From Acidobacteriota bacterium (GTDB taxonomy: Bacteria; Acidobacteriota; Vicinamibacteria; Vicinamibacterales; CAVVIG01), in assembly GCA_003222395.1 (NCBI GenBank), contig QHWB01000040.1, forward strand, positions 573 to 64,572: a DNA stretch of 64,000 nt. The letters are read 5' to 3'. The position numbers and the translations under genes are program-made. Positions 49,818-60,446 of this stretch are shown one piece after another. Each line of letters begins with the position of its first letter. The first letter of the stretch is position 1. The notes beneath the pieces are model-generated. The model ran no database searches. It was not told the DNA's origin and saw nothing but the letters and a program-made list of their open reading frames with translations.

Positions 49818-51326
49818 TCAGCGCCGCCGCGTCCCTCCCGCCGCCTCCAGGGCGGTATCGCGCCGGCGCACTTCGCTGTGCGAATAGCCGTAGCCGAAAT
49901 AGATCACGAAGCCGATTGCCATCCAGACGACGAGCCGCAACCACGTCTCGCCCGGCAGCCCCGCCATCAACGCGAAGCTGACGAGCGCCGACAGCGCGGG
50001 CACGAACGGCACGAGCGGCGTCTTGAACGGCCGCTCGAGCTCGGGCCGCTGATACCGCAGGAAGATGACGCCGATCGAGACGATCACGAACGCGAGCAGC
50101 GTGCCGATGCTCACCAGCTCGCCGAGCGCGCCAATCGGCGTGAAACCGGCGGCCAGCGCGACCGCCACGCCCGTGATGATGCTCGTGATGTGCGGCGTGC
50201 GGAAGCGCGGATGGATCTTCTTCGCGAACGGCGGCAGCAGACCGTCGTTCGCCATCGAATAGAAGATGCGCGGCTGCGCCATCATCATGACCACCATCAC
50301 CGAGCTCAACCCTGCAATCGCGCCGAGCTCGACGAGCATCGTCATCATGTGCAGCAGCGAGCTGCCGCCCGACGCGGCTTCGGCTGCGCGAATCGCCACG
50401 ACCATCGGCGCCGCCTGGCCGAGCATCTGCTTGTAGGGAACGAGGCCGACCATCACGCCCGAGACGAGGATGTAGAAGATCGTGCAGACGACGAGCGAGC
50501 CGAGAATCCCGATCGGCATGTCCTTCTGCGGGTTCTTCGCTTCCTGCGCGGCGACCGACACGGCGTCGAATCCGATGTAGGCGAAGAAAATGACGCCTGC
50601 GCCGCGCAACACACCGCTCCAGCCGTACTCGCCGAACCTGCCGGTGTTCTCCGGGATGAAGGGATGCCAGTTCGCGGTGTTGATGTACGCGGCGCCACCG
50701 AGGATCACGATCACCACGACTGCGACCTTGACGAGCACGATCGCAGTGTTGACGTTCGCCGACTCCTTGATGCCGATCACGATGAGCACCGTCACGGCGG
50801 CCGTGATCAGCACTGCCGGCAGATTGATGATCGCGTCTGGACTGCACCCGGCGGTGTTGATCAGGGTGCATGGCGCCGCAGCAAACGCCGGGGGAATCGA
50901 AATGCCGAGGAAGTCGTGCAGGAAGCTGGTGAGATGTCCCGACCAGCCGACCGCGACGGTCGCCGCGCCGAGAGCGTACTCGAGGATCAAGTCCCACCCG
51001 ATGACCCAGGCGATGAACTCCCCGAGCGTCGCGTATCCATAGGTATAAGCGGATCCGGCAATCGGCACCGTCGCCGCAAACTCCGAGTAGCAGAGACCGG
51101 CGAGCGCGCTCGCGAATCCTGCGAGCACCATCGACAGCACGATCGCCGGCCCGGTGTATTGCGCCGCGGCCTGCCCGGTGAGCACGAAGATGCCGGTGCC
51201 GATGATGGCGCCGATCCCGAGCGTCACGAGGTTGAGGGGACCGAGGACGCGCTTGAGGGAATGCTCCCCGCTCGCGGCCGCTTCGGCCTTTATCTGCTCA
51301 ATCGATTTCGTCGCGAAAATCGACAT
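49818..51326 (-). CDS. Amino acid permease (APC/CAT-like family)
   Basis: ATG 51326 gives MSIFATKSIEQI. LGPLNLVTLGIGAIIGTGIFVLTG, CYSEFAATVPIAGSAYTY. About 12-13 TM. Confidence 0.88.
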   Translation of the reverse strand: MSIFATKSIEQIKAEAAASGEHSLKRVLGPLNLVTLGIGAIIGTGIFVLTGQAAAQYTGPAIVLSMVLAGFASALAGLCYSEFAATVPIAGSAYTYGYATLGEFIAWVIGWDLILEYALGAATVAVGWSGHLTSFLHDFLGISIPPAFAAAPCTLINTAGCSPDAIINLPAVLITAAVTVLIVIGIKESANVNTAIVLVKVAVVVIVILGGAAYINTANWHPFIPENTGRFGEYGWSGVLRGAGVIFFAYIGFDAVSVAAQEAKNPQKDMPIGILGSLVVCTIFYILVSGVMVGLVPYKQMLGQAAPMVVAIRAAEAASGGSSLLHMMTMLVELGAIAGLSSVMVVMMMAQPRIFYSMANDGLLPPFAKKIHPRFRTPHITSIITGVAVALAAGFTPIGALGELVSIGTLLAFVIVSIGVIFLRYQRPELERPFKTPLVPFVPALSALVSFALMAGLPGETWLRLVVWMAIGFVIYFGYGYSHSEVRRRDTALEAAGGTRRR

Positions 51327-51386
51327 GGAAGTTCCTTTTCCGCGGGTTGAAAACAACAGCGGCTACCGGCCGGGATTATACATGGT

Positions 51387-51443
51387 CGCTCGGCCGATAG
51401 CCTCGCGCTACGGCACGTGTCGGGCGAGCCCTTCAGCCGAGCG
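51387..51443. repeat. Complete palindromic copy of the REP-like element (two inverted arms)
   Basis: GCTCGGCCGATAGCCTCGCGCTACGG ... GGGCGAGCCCTTCAGCCGAGC. The right arm is the reverse complement of CTCGGCTGAAGGGCTCGCCC. It is the same sequence family as 19055-19081, 39476-39498 and 53512-53539. Located in the thiE-permease spacer. Confidence 0.75.
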
Positions 51444-51455
51444 GCGACAGGCGAT

Positions 51456-52126
51456 TCAGGCGAGCGCACGAAGATATTCGCGTACGCGCTGCTCGGGGTC
51501 GCCCGTCCGGAGCAAGTCGCTGATCACGGCAACAGACGTCGCGCCCGCCTCAATCACCCGCGCCGCGGTTTCAATGGTGATGCCACCGATTGCGAGCAAC
51601 GGAAGATTCCGTGCGGCGGTTCGATTCGCCGCGACACGGACGAGGTCGAGCCCGATCGCTCCGTACCCCGTGGCCTTCGTGGACGTGCCGAACACCGGTC
51701 CGATCGCGACGTAGCTGACCGGGCCTTCCATTGCCCGCGCGACCTGAGCGTCGGTATGTGTCGAGACGCCGACCATTGCACGATCGCCGACCACTCTCCG
51801 CGCGTCCCCTGGCGGCAGATCGTCCTGCCCCACGTGCACCCCGTCGGCATCCGCGAGACGCGCGATATCGGCGCGATCGTTGACGATGACAATGGCGCCG
51901 GCGCGGTGAGCGCGCGACACGATCGCCGACGCCGCATCGAGCAGCGCCGCGCTCGACATCGTCTTCGCACGCAGCTGCAGGAAGCGCGCTCCGCCGCGGA
52001 GGTACGCGTCGGCGAGATCGACCGGCGTCCAACCGGCTTGCGCTGCGCATTCGGCGTCGACGATGGCGTTCAGAACAGGGATTTGGGATTTGGGATTTGG
52101 GATTCGATGAGGGATTCGCCCATCCG

Positions 52127-52130
<4 letters not shown>
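51456..52130 (-). CDS. thiE: Thiamine-phosphate synthase
   Basis: [59 protein letters not shown] 52130 (GAGG 5 nt upstream) overlaps the accC stop (GTGA). The first ~20 codons run through a heptamer array. Confidence 0.88.
52078..52117. repeat. Tandem heptamer array GGGATTT x3 + GGGATTC (+1 spaced copy) inside the 5' end of thiE
   Basis: GGGATTT at 52078, 52085 and 52092. GGGATTC at 52099 and 52111. In the thiE sense direction this reads GAATCCC/AAATCCC, the same family and the same sense orientation as the sdhA-sdhB array. Confidence 0.95.
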
Positions 52131-53503
<1,373 letters not shown>

Positions 53504-53546
53504 GTTGGCGACGCTCGCCTGAAAGGCTCGCGCTACACGCCTCGCC

Positions 53547-54041
53547 TCACCGGGTCCTGATGGCGAACAAGCGTTCGCCATATTGAACGGGTTGACCGTT
53601 CTCGACGTAGATGTTCGCGACCTCGCCGTCGTACTCCGAATCGATCTCGTTCATCAGCTTCATTGCCTCGATGATGCAGAGCACCTGGCCCTTCTTCACC
53701 GTGGATCCGATCTCGACGAACGACGCCGCGCCAGGCTCAGGGGATCGATAGAAGGTGCCGACGATCGGCGATTTCACGACGGCGAGCTCGACCTCCGCTT
53801 CGGGCGCGGCCTCGCTGACTGCGGCGGACGGCATGGACGTGGCGGCAGCGGCAGGTGACGGCGCGGCCGAAGCCGTCGAGGATATGGCGACAGGGACCGC
53901 TGCGGCGGGAAGCGCCACGACGGGCGGACCGGCGCCGTTCTTCCGAATCTTTAGACGGAGTCCCTCGTGTTCGATTTCGATCTCGGAGAGCTCGTGCTCG
54001 CGCACGAGGTTCAGAATCTGTTTGAGCTGCTCGAGATCCAA
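53547..54041 (-). CDS. accB: Biotin carboxyl carrier protein
   Basis: TTG 54041 gives [24 protein letters not shown], the canonical AccB N-terminus. It has an Ala/Pro linker and the biotinylation motif EAMKLMNEI. Confidence 0.93.
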   Translation of the reverse strand: MDLEQLKQILNLVREHELSEIEIEHEGLRLKIRKNGAGPPVVALPAAAVPVAISSTASAAPSPAAAATSMPSAAVSEAAPEAEVELAVVKSPIVGTFYRSPEPGAASFVEIGSTVKKGQVLCIIEAMKLMNEIDSEYDGEVANIYVENGQPVQYGERLFAIRTR

Positions 54042-54104
54042 TCCTCAGGTCCTCAGATTCTCAAATCCTCAGATCCTCAAGTCGTCAAATCGTCAAATCT
54101 CGAG
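54041..54104. repeat. Tandem octamer array (ATCCTCAG-like x8) spanning the pepP 3' end, the spacer and the accB start
   Basis: Units at 54041, 54049, 54057, 54065, 54073, 54081, 54089 and 54097. In the accB sense direction they read CTCGAGAT TTGACGAT TTGACGAC TTGAGGAT CTGAGGAT TTGAGAAT CTGAGGAC CTGAGGAT, i.e. repeated TGA plus GAGGA. The last T is the first base of the TTG start. Confidence 0.9.
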
Positions 54105-55232
54105 GAGTTCCGTCGTTACGTCCGTGAGCACCTCGGCGCCTTCCGCGGTGACGAGCACGTCGTCTTCGATGCGAACGCCGCCCCAGCCGGCGAGATAGGC
54201 GCCCGGTTCGATCGTGAAGACCATACCGGGAGCCACGGCTTCGTGCTGCGTGTCGACGTCCGGCCGTCGCCGTGTGATGCGGGGATCCTCGTGCACTTCG
54301 ATCCCCAGACCGTGCCCCGTGCCATGACCGAAGGCGTCGGCCAGGCCGTGCGTGCCGAGCGTCTCGCGCGCCGCCGCATCGATGTCGAATCGCGATCGAC
54401 CGGGCGACACCGCGGCGATGGCTCGATCGTGCGCCTGACGAACCGCCGCGTGGACGTCGCGCGCCCGCTGGTCGGCTTTGCCGACGGCAACGGTTCGCGT
54501 GAGGTCGACGCAGTATGAGTCGTATATGCCGCCGAAGTCCAGCACCACGAGGTCACCTTCGGCGAATGTTCGCTCGCCGGGATGGGCATGCGGCAGCGCG
54601 GCGTTGGGACCACTGGCGACAATCGTATCAAACGCGGGCTTGCTGAATCCGGCGTCGTGAAGCCGCGCGTCGACCGCGAACGCGACGTCGCGCTCGGACC
54701 GGCCGGGCCGAATCTCGTCGAAGACGCCGCGCGCCACCATGGACAGCCGTCTGGCGGCTTCGCGCAGCGTGGCGATCTCGTACTCATCCTTCGTGAGCCG
54801 CGCGCGCTCGACGACCCCTTCGGTCGCCGCGAGCTCGGGCGCATGGTCGCGCTGGCGGAGCGTCCGATCGAGCCATGCATGACGGCTCACGCTGAGATGC
54901 GCCGCCTCGAATCCGATTCGGCGGCACGCGAGCGACCCCAGGTGTGCAGCGAGCGCCGCGTCGTAGGATCCTTCGACGCGAACGAGCTCGAGATTGGGAC
55001 AGGCATGATCGCGGCCGCGCGCCTGCTCCATCGACGTCAGGTAGCGGAAATCGGTCAGGAATGAGAGGCGATCGGCCGTCACCACGACGATCGCGCTGCT
55101 GCCCGTGAAGTTGGTGAGATAGAGGACGTTCGGCAACGACGTGACGACGAGCGCGTCGAAGCCGCCGGACGTCAGGTTTTCGCGAATCCGCTCGTGGCGC
55201 CGCTCAAGGGCGCTCGTCGGTGCGTGCGACAT
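54093..55232 (-). CDS. pepP: Xaa-Pro aminopeptidase (M24B family)
   Basis: From ATG 55232: a creatinase-like N-domain (FDALVVTSLPNVLYLTNF) and an M24 metal-ligand pattern (VVLDFGGIYDSYCVDLTRT, GHGTGHGLGIEVHE, FTIEPG, IEDDVLV). It overlaps the TPR gene by 29 nt. Confidence 0.88.
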   Translation of the reverse strand: MSHAPTSALERRHERIRENLTSGGFDALVVTSLPNVLYLTNFTGSSAIVVVTADRLSFLTDFRYLTSMEQARGRDHACPNLELVRVEGSYDAALAAHLGSLACRRIGFEAAHLSVSRHAWLDRTLRQRDHAPELAATEGVVERARLTKDEYEIATLREAARRLSMVARGVFDEIRPGRSERDVAFAVDARLHDAGFSKPAFDTIVASGPNAALPHAHPGERTFAEGDLVVLDFGGIYDSYCVDLTRTVAVGKADQRARDVHAAVRQAHDRAIAAVSPGRSRFDIDAAARETLGTHGLADAFGHGTGHGLGIEVHEDPRITRRRPDVDTQHEAVAPGMVFTIEPGAYLAGWGGVRIEDDVLVTAEGAEVLTDVTTELLEI

Positions 55233-55986
55233 GAATGGCGTCGAGCCACTGCTCGAGCGCCGCGACGGAGTGCAAGGCTCGCTCGTGCGTGGGGTTCTCG
55301 ACGGATTGTACTTCCGGAGCGGCACCGGCCTGCGTCGCTTCGGGTTCGGACGACGCGGCAGGCGCGGCTTGGTCGACCGCGGCTTCCGTGGGCGACTCAG
55401 GCTCGATCTCGGTCGTCGCAGGCGGAGCGGCAACTCGAGGGACCACAGGCGGCGGATCCGAAGCTTGCGCCGGCGCAGCCGGCGATGATTCGGGCACGGG
55501 CGGAGGCGCGTGCTTCAGCAGCTCCTGCTGCATCTGCGCGAACGAGAGGCCGTCGGTCGGCGCCGCCGGCTTCTGCGGCTCGATTTCGCGCGACAGCTCG
55601 TTGACGGTCCGCTCGAGATCGGGATCGTTGCGCGCGAGCGTCAGCGCATTTCGATACTGATGCAGCGCTTCGCCGAGCTGACCGTGCCGATGATGGATTT
55701 CGGCGATGCCGCGTATCGCCGCGAGATTTTCCGGAGCGCTTCTCAGTACCAGCTGCAGCTCCGCGAGCGCGTCATCGAGCTGATTGAGCTCGATGAGGGC
55801 GCGCCCGAGCGTGACGCGCGCGGAAAGATAGCCCGGGTGGATCGAGAGACCGGCGCGGCAGGTGTCGACAGCTTCCTGACACTGTCCGGCGCGCCGCAGT
55901 TCTTCGGCGAGCTGCGCGAATGCAATCGACGCCGGATCCTTCTGGATCCGGCGTCGAAGGTCGTCGATGCGCTGGTTGTCGGCCAT
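55204..55986 (-). CDS. TPR-repeat protein with a Pro/Ala-rich C-terminal half, no signal peptide
   Basis: 260 aa. About 3 TPR units (AFAQLAEELRRAGQCQEAVDTCRAGLSIHPGY..., ALIELNQLDDALAELQLVL...), then a low-complexity PAAP-rich region. Confidence 0.65.
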   Translation of the reverse strand: MADNQRIDDLRRRIQKDPASIAFAQLAEELRRAGQCQEAVDTCRAGLSIHPGYLSARVTLGRALIELNQLDDALAELQLVLRSAPENLAAIRGIAEIHHRHGQLGEALHQYRNALTLARNDPDLERTVNELSREIEPQKPAAPTDGLSFAQMQQELLKHAPPPVPESSPAAPAQASDPPPVVPRVAAPPATTEIEPESPTEAAVDQAAPAASSEPEATQAGAAPEVQSVENPTHERALHSVAALEQWLDAIHVARTDERP

Positions 55987-55993
55987 GCCGCGA

Positions 55994-57298
55994 TTAGGGC
56001 ACGGTTACCGTTGTAGAAACAGTACCGGTTCGACCTTGGTTGTCGGTAACGATCAGCGTAACCGTGTACGTGCCCAACACGGGGAAATCATGCGTAGCCA
56101 CGGAGGCGCCGGTTGAATTCGGTGACCCGTCGCCCCAATTGAAGGCGTAGCCCGTGATCGACGCGCTTCCAACTGCCGTCGACAGGCTACCGTCAGCCGT
56201 TATCCTCAGACCACCCGCTTTCGTCACGTTCAACCTGGCTGTTGGATTCGCGCTCGCAATGGTCAGGCTGACATTCTTGGTCGATTTCTGGCCCGTGTCG
56301 TCGAGCACGCTCAAAACGATTGTGTAGGTTGCCGGCTGCTCGAAGACATGTGTCACCGTGATGCCGCTCCCTGTCGCGCCATCACCAAAGTTCCAATTGA
56401 ACTGCGTGATGTTGTGACCAGGCGTTGACTTCGAGATGTCCGCGTTGAAGAACACGTTCTGTCCGGCCACAGGGGCGGCGGGTGAAACCGTGAAATCGGC
56501 AGACGGTGCCGCCGGTAAGCCTACGGACACAGTTTGTGAAGTAGATGCCGAAACACCGCGGTCGCTTGTGACCGTCAGCGTGACGACGAACGTTCCGGAA
56601 GACGTGAACACATGCGTCGTTGTCACGCCGGTGCCTGTCGCTCCGTCGCCGAAGTTCCATGCATACGAGACGAGCGTACTCGTCGATGAGCATGCGCCGC
56701 TCGGATCGGTCGCACAACTTGTGGATGCATCGAAGTTGACGCTATTTCCGACAAGGATGCCGTTCGGTGGCAAGAAGGCAAACGCGGCCTTCGGCGTGCC
56801 AGTCGGAGGCAGGATGACACCCGGCGGCACGAGGCGTATCATTCCGCTCGCCGGTGCCGCCGTGACGAACGTTCCCGACCCGGATTCCGACGCGGTGGCG
56901 ACGATGTCGACGCACGTACCAGCGACGCCGTAACAGGTGCCGGTGATTCCGCCAACAGGACTCGGCGGCGCGGTGTAGACGACGAACGCCTTTCCATCGG
57001 TGTTGGTCACGACGGACCTGGCCGACAGCGTGCCGAAGTCCTGGGCAACGCCGCTCAGCGCCATATCGACGCGAACCGGCAACGACGCCTTCGCCTTTCC
57101 ATCCGGACCGATCGCCGAAATCGTGATGCGCGACTGCGAGGCGCCATCCTGATTGATCGTTTCCGGGCTGGCCGTGACCGACAGCGACAGCGCGAGATCC
57201 GACGGCCCGCTGAGCGGCGGCGGTTCTACCTGATGCGCGACGCATCCCGTCAGCGTGAGCGCCGCAGCGATCGGTGCGATGTATGTGAACGCCTTCAT
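55994..57298 (-). CDS. Lipoprotein with an N-terminal Ig-like (Big-type) domain and three PKD domains
   Basis: Lipobox LTLTGC at residues 14-19. PKD signatures repeat as WNFGDGATGTG..HVF, WNFGDGATGSG..HVF and FNWGDGSPNST..HDF. 434 aa. Confidence 0.75.
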   Translation of the reverse strand: MKAFTYIAPIAAALTLTGCVAHQVEPPPLSGPSDLALSLSVTASPETINQDGASQSRITISAIGPDGKAKASLPVRVDMALSGVAQDFGTLSARSVVTNTDGKAFVVYTAPPSPVGGITGTCYGVAGTCVDIVATASESGSGTFVTAAPASGMIRLVPPGVILPPTGTPKAAFAFLPPNGILVGNSVNFDASTSCATDPSGACSSTSTLVSYAWNFGDGATGTGVTTTHVFTSSGTFVVTLTVTSDRGVSASTSQTVSVGLPAAPSADFTVSPAAPVAGQNVFFNADISKSTPGHNITQFNWNFGDGATGSGITVTHVFEQPATYTIVLSVLDDTGQKSTKNVSLTIASANPTARLNVTKAGGLRITADGSLSTAVGSASITGYAFNWGDGSPNSTGASVATHDFPVLGTYTVTLIVTDNQGRTGTVSTTVTVP

Positions 57299-57301
57299 GC
57301 C

Positions 57302-57934
57302 CTATGAATCCCCAAAGTTGCCGAAATCAATCTGCATCTGTCCGGTCGCGCTGATGTCGTTGCCGACAGCGTCTTTGCCGTAGAACGTGACGCGGGCGAT
57401 CGTCGTGATGATCGACGCGGCCGTGCGAAGCTGTATCAGCGGCGACTCTTCCTTCGCGACGTGCCGAACCATCTCGAATCCGATCAGCAGCTGACCTGAA
57501 GCTGGCACGGTGCCGGTTATCGCGCCGTCGAGGGGATACGGCACGTCGACGCCGGGCGTGTTCCGGCCGTCGGCGCGGATGTACTCGATGTGAACGCGAT
57601 TGAGCGTGACCGCGTTGTTCGTCGTCGGCGTGAGCGGCGCGGTGGTGGTGCCGATGTCCTTCAACGCCAGCGTCAACGTCACCTGACCGGGATCGTTGAA
57701 GATCGTCGGGCACGGCGTTGCCGCCGAGCACGGCGGCGGCGCAGTGAGATTCACGACGACGTCCGACAGCAGCACGGAAGAAAAGACGCCGGCGCCGTGG
57801 CCGCCGCCCGGCGTCGCCGCCAGCGAGTTGATGACGAGCATGACAGGCGATCGGCCGGTGCGGACGACGTCGCCGCACGACGTGGCCGTCCCCACCAGAG
57901 CGGCAAACGCAAGCAGACGGGTGATCATTCTCAT
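57302..57934 (-). CDS. Hypothetical lipoprotein (210 aa) immediately downstream of pilQ
   Basis: ATG 57934 gives MRMITRLLAFAALVGTATSC (lipobox-like). The body is beta-rich with no recognisable motif. There are 17 nt after the pilQ stop and 3 nt before the PKD lipoprotein gene. Confidence 0.6.
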   Translation of the reverse strand: MRMITRLLAFAALVGTATSCGDVVRTGRSPVMLVINSLAATPGGGHGAGVFSSVLLSDVVVNLTAPPPCSAATPCPTIFNDPGQVTLTLALKDIGTTTAPLTPTTNNAVTLNRVHIEYIRADGRNTPGVDVPYPLDGAITGTVPASGQLLIGFEMVRHVAKEESPLIQLRTAASIITTIARVTFYGKDAVGNDISATGQMQIDFGNFGDS

Positions 57935-57951
57935 AGAGGTCACTTGTCGCC

Positions 57952-59922
57952 TCAACCCTTCAGAATCCGCGGCGTGATGAAGATCAGCAGCTCCTGATCG
58001 TTGGTGCTGGTCAGGTCGCGCTTGAACAGCCATCGCAGCAGCGGAATGCTTCCGAGCCCGGGCGTCTTGTCGGTTTGATACTGCTCGTTCGACACGAACA
58101 CGCCGCCGATGACGGTCGTCTGGCCGTCGCTGACCAGCACGCTGGTGTTCGCGCGCTGGGTGTTGATCGGCGGGATCCCATTGATGGCGCGCGTGAAGTC
58201 GGCCTGGCTGTTCTCGAGGCTGATCAACATGATCACGGTGCCGGCCGCCGTGATCTGCGGCGTCACCCTCAGCGTCAGCGCGGCATCCTTGAACGTCACT
58301 GTCACCGTATTGTTCGCAACGGTCTGGATCGGAATCTGCGTGCCTTGCGTCATTTCCGCTGCGACATTGTTCTGGGTCGTCACGCGCGGCGTCGACAGGA
58401 TGCGGCCGTTGCCCGACGTTTCGAGCGCCGTGAGCGCCACGTCGAGGTTGAACGCGCCATTGATCGATCCGAGCGCGAGACCGACGGCGCTCGTCGCACC
58501 GGGCACACCGTAATTAATCGCGGTCGGCACCTGGCTTCCGGCTGGTCCCTGCGTGCCGCCCGTTCGTCCCCCGACGCTGCCGTTGTTCGGGAACGCGAAC
58601 GGCGTCGTGTTGCCGAGCGCCGGATCGACGCGTCCGTTGAAGCCCCACTGGACGCCGAGCTGGCGCGCGTAGTTCTTCGCCGCCTGCACGATGCGGGCTT
58701 CGATTTCCACCTGCGGCTGCGGGCGATCGAGCGTGCCGATCAGTTCGGTGGCCGTCGTCAGTCGATCCGAGAGGTCGGTGATGATCAGCGTGTTCGTGCG
58801 CGGATCGATCTGGACGGTGCCGCGCTGCGATAGGGCGCTCTTCGTGAGCAGCGCCTGCAGCTCCTCCGCCTTCGCGTAGCTCAGCGTCTTGGTCAGCACG
58901 CGCAGCTCACCGGCGAGCGCCTGCTCTTCCTGAAGCTTGCGCTGCTGCGACTGCTCGTCGGCAAGAACCGACAGCGGCGCGATGCGCACGATCGTTCCGT
59001 CGACGATGTATCCGAGCTTGTTGGCGCGGAGAATGATGTCGAGCGCCTGGTCCCACGGCACGTCGCGCAGCGCGACGTCGACCGTGCCCTGCACCGCCGG
59101 TTCGATGACGATGTTCAATCCGCTGATCTCGGCAAAGGTCCGCAGGACCGCGCGAAGATCGGCGCCCTGGAAATCGAGGCTGATCGGATGGCCCTGATAC
59201 CGCCGGCCCGCCTGCGGCGACACCGGCTGCGTAGTGTCGCCCGGCGTCGGCACGGGCGGCGTCGGCGTCGTCGGTTGAATCGTCCGCGCTCCGGCGGTCT
59301 GCAGCGCAGCCGCGTGCTTGTTCAGACCCAGCGCGGTGATCGGATCCTGGATCGGCTGGGGCTGCGAAGACTTGCGGTCTTCAACGGACGCGGCGGCGCT
59401 GTTCGTCTTGCCGGCGGCGTTGTCGGGTGCGAGCGCGAGCATCGCGTCGGGCGCGGCGCTTCGCGCGGGCCTGACATACAACGCCCCGTCCGCCGACGGC
59501 TTGTCGAAGTCGACCACGACCGTGTTGCGATCGCTGCGCACGCGGTGCGCGACCGGCTGCGTGAGCTCGATACGAACGCGCGAGCCGGGCGCACCGAGCG
59601 AGTCGTCTGGTTCGACCGACACCGCCGCAATCGGACTCTTCGCGTTTGCGGCAGTCGCGTTGGCAACGCCCCCGGTGGCGACGTTGCGGAAGTCGAGGAC
59701 GACCGTCAGGGGATCGGGACGCGTGGCGATGTAGGCGACCGGCTCGGTCGCCTCGATGACGAGCGACGCCCCCTTCGCGTGCACCCGCGAGCTGATGGTC
59801 TTGAGCCGCGGGCCGGCCGGCGTTCCCGCCCCGGCCGATGCGCTGACGCGCGCATCCGTTGTCGCCACGGCGGCTGACAACGCCGACAACGCTAAAAGGG
59901 CGAATCCCCTCGAAAGAGTCAT
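57952..59922 (-). CDS. pilQ: Type IV pilus secretin PilQ (AMIN domains + N-domains + secretin)
   Basis: 656 aa. Signal peptide and AMIN-like N-terminus. Secretin core LSTPRVTTQNNVAAEM...GGV...PGLGSIPLLRWLF...ELLIFITPRIL. Confidence 0.92.
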   Translation of the reverse strand: MTLSRGFALLALSALSAAVATTDARVSASAGAGTPAGPRLKTISSRVHAKGASLVIEATEPVAYIATRPDPLTVVLDFRNVATGGVANATAANAKSPIAAVSVEPDDSLGAPGSRVRIELTQPVAHRVRSDRNTVVVDFDKPSADGALYVRPARSAAPDAMLALAPDNAAGKTNSAAASVEDRKSSQPQPIQDPITALGLNKHAAALQTAGARTIQPTTPTPPVPTPGDTTQPVSPQAGRRYQGHPISLDFQGADLRAVLRTFAEISGLNIVIEPAVQGTVDVALRDVPWDQALDIILRANKLGYIVDGTIVRIAPLSVLADEQSQQRKLQEEQALAGELRVLTKTLSYAKAEELQALLTKSALSQRGTVQIDPRTNTLIITDLSDRLTTATELIGTLDRPQPQVEIEARIVQAAKNYARQLGVQWGFNGRVDPALGNTTPFAFPNNGSVGGRTGGTQGPAGSQVPTAINYGVPGATSAVGLALGSINGAFNLDVALTALETSGNGRILSTPRVTTQNNVAAEMTQGTQIPIQTVANNTVTVTFKDAALTLRVTPQITAAGTVIMLISLENSQADFTRAINGIPPINTQRANTSVLVSDGQTTVIGGVFVSNEQYQTDKTPGLGSIPLLRWLFKRDLTSTNDQELLIFITPRILKG

Positions 59923-60446
59923 TCCTTGGCGTCCTCGAGCGATCGCAACAATTTGCGAACTTCCCGCTGCTTCACGAGCGACAACGGATCGTTGACTTCC
60001 TGAATGACGACCAGCCCCTGCGGCGTGATCGTCTTGATCGTTCCGTCGGCGAGCTTGTCGCCCTGGTGCACGATGTAGGTTCTGTTGTCCGGCCCCTGCA
60101 CCATCGCGACCAGCTCGCCACGGCTCTGCACGATGCCGCGAACGGAAATTTCCGCGAGCGTCATGCCGGCCGCGCCGTCGCCGCGCTTCGACGTGACGTG
60201 CGGCTCGGTGCCCGTCCCCACCAGGCTGACGAAGGGATCGCGGCGTCCTTCGGGCTGATACGTGTAGGTTTCGGTCGGCGGCGCCTCGGGCGTGGGCGCG
60301 GGCGGCTGACCGGCAGTTGTCGAAGGCGTCTGCGGCGTCGCCGGCTTGGCCGGCTGTGCCTGCGGCGCGAGCGCGACCTTTCGACCCTGTTCAGGATCGG
60401 CCTGAGCCAGTCGAAGACCGAAGGCAAGGACGATGATGTGCAACAT
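59919..60446 (-). CDS. pilP: Type IV pilus assembly lipoprotein PilP
   Basis: ATG 60446 gives MLHIIVLAFGL..., a Pro-rich linker, an RRDPF motif, and a beta-domain (LAEISVRGIVQSRGELVAMVQGPDNRTYIVHQGDKLADGTIKTITPQGLVV). Start/stop overlaps with pilO and pilQ. Confidence 0.8.
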   Translation of the reverse strand: MLHIIVLAFGLRLAQADPEQGRKVALAPQAQPAKPATPQTPSTTAGQPPAPTPEAPPTETYTYQPEGRRDPFVSLVGTGTEPHVTSKRGDGAAGMTLAEISVRGIVQSRGELVAMVQGPDNRTYIVHQGDKLADGTIKTITPQGLVVIQEVNDPLSLVKQREVRKLLRSLEDAKE

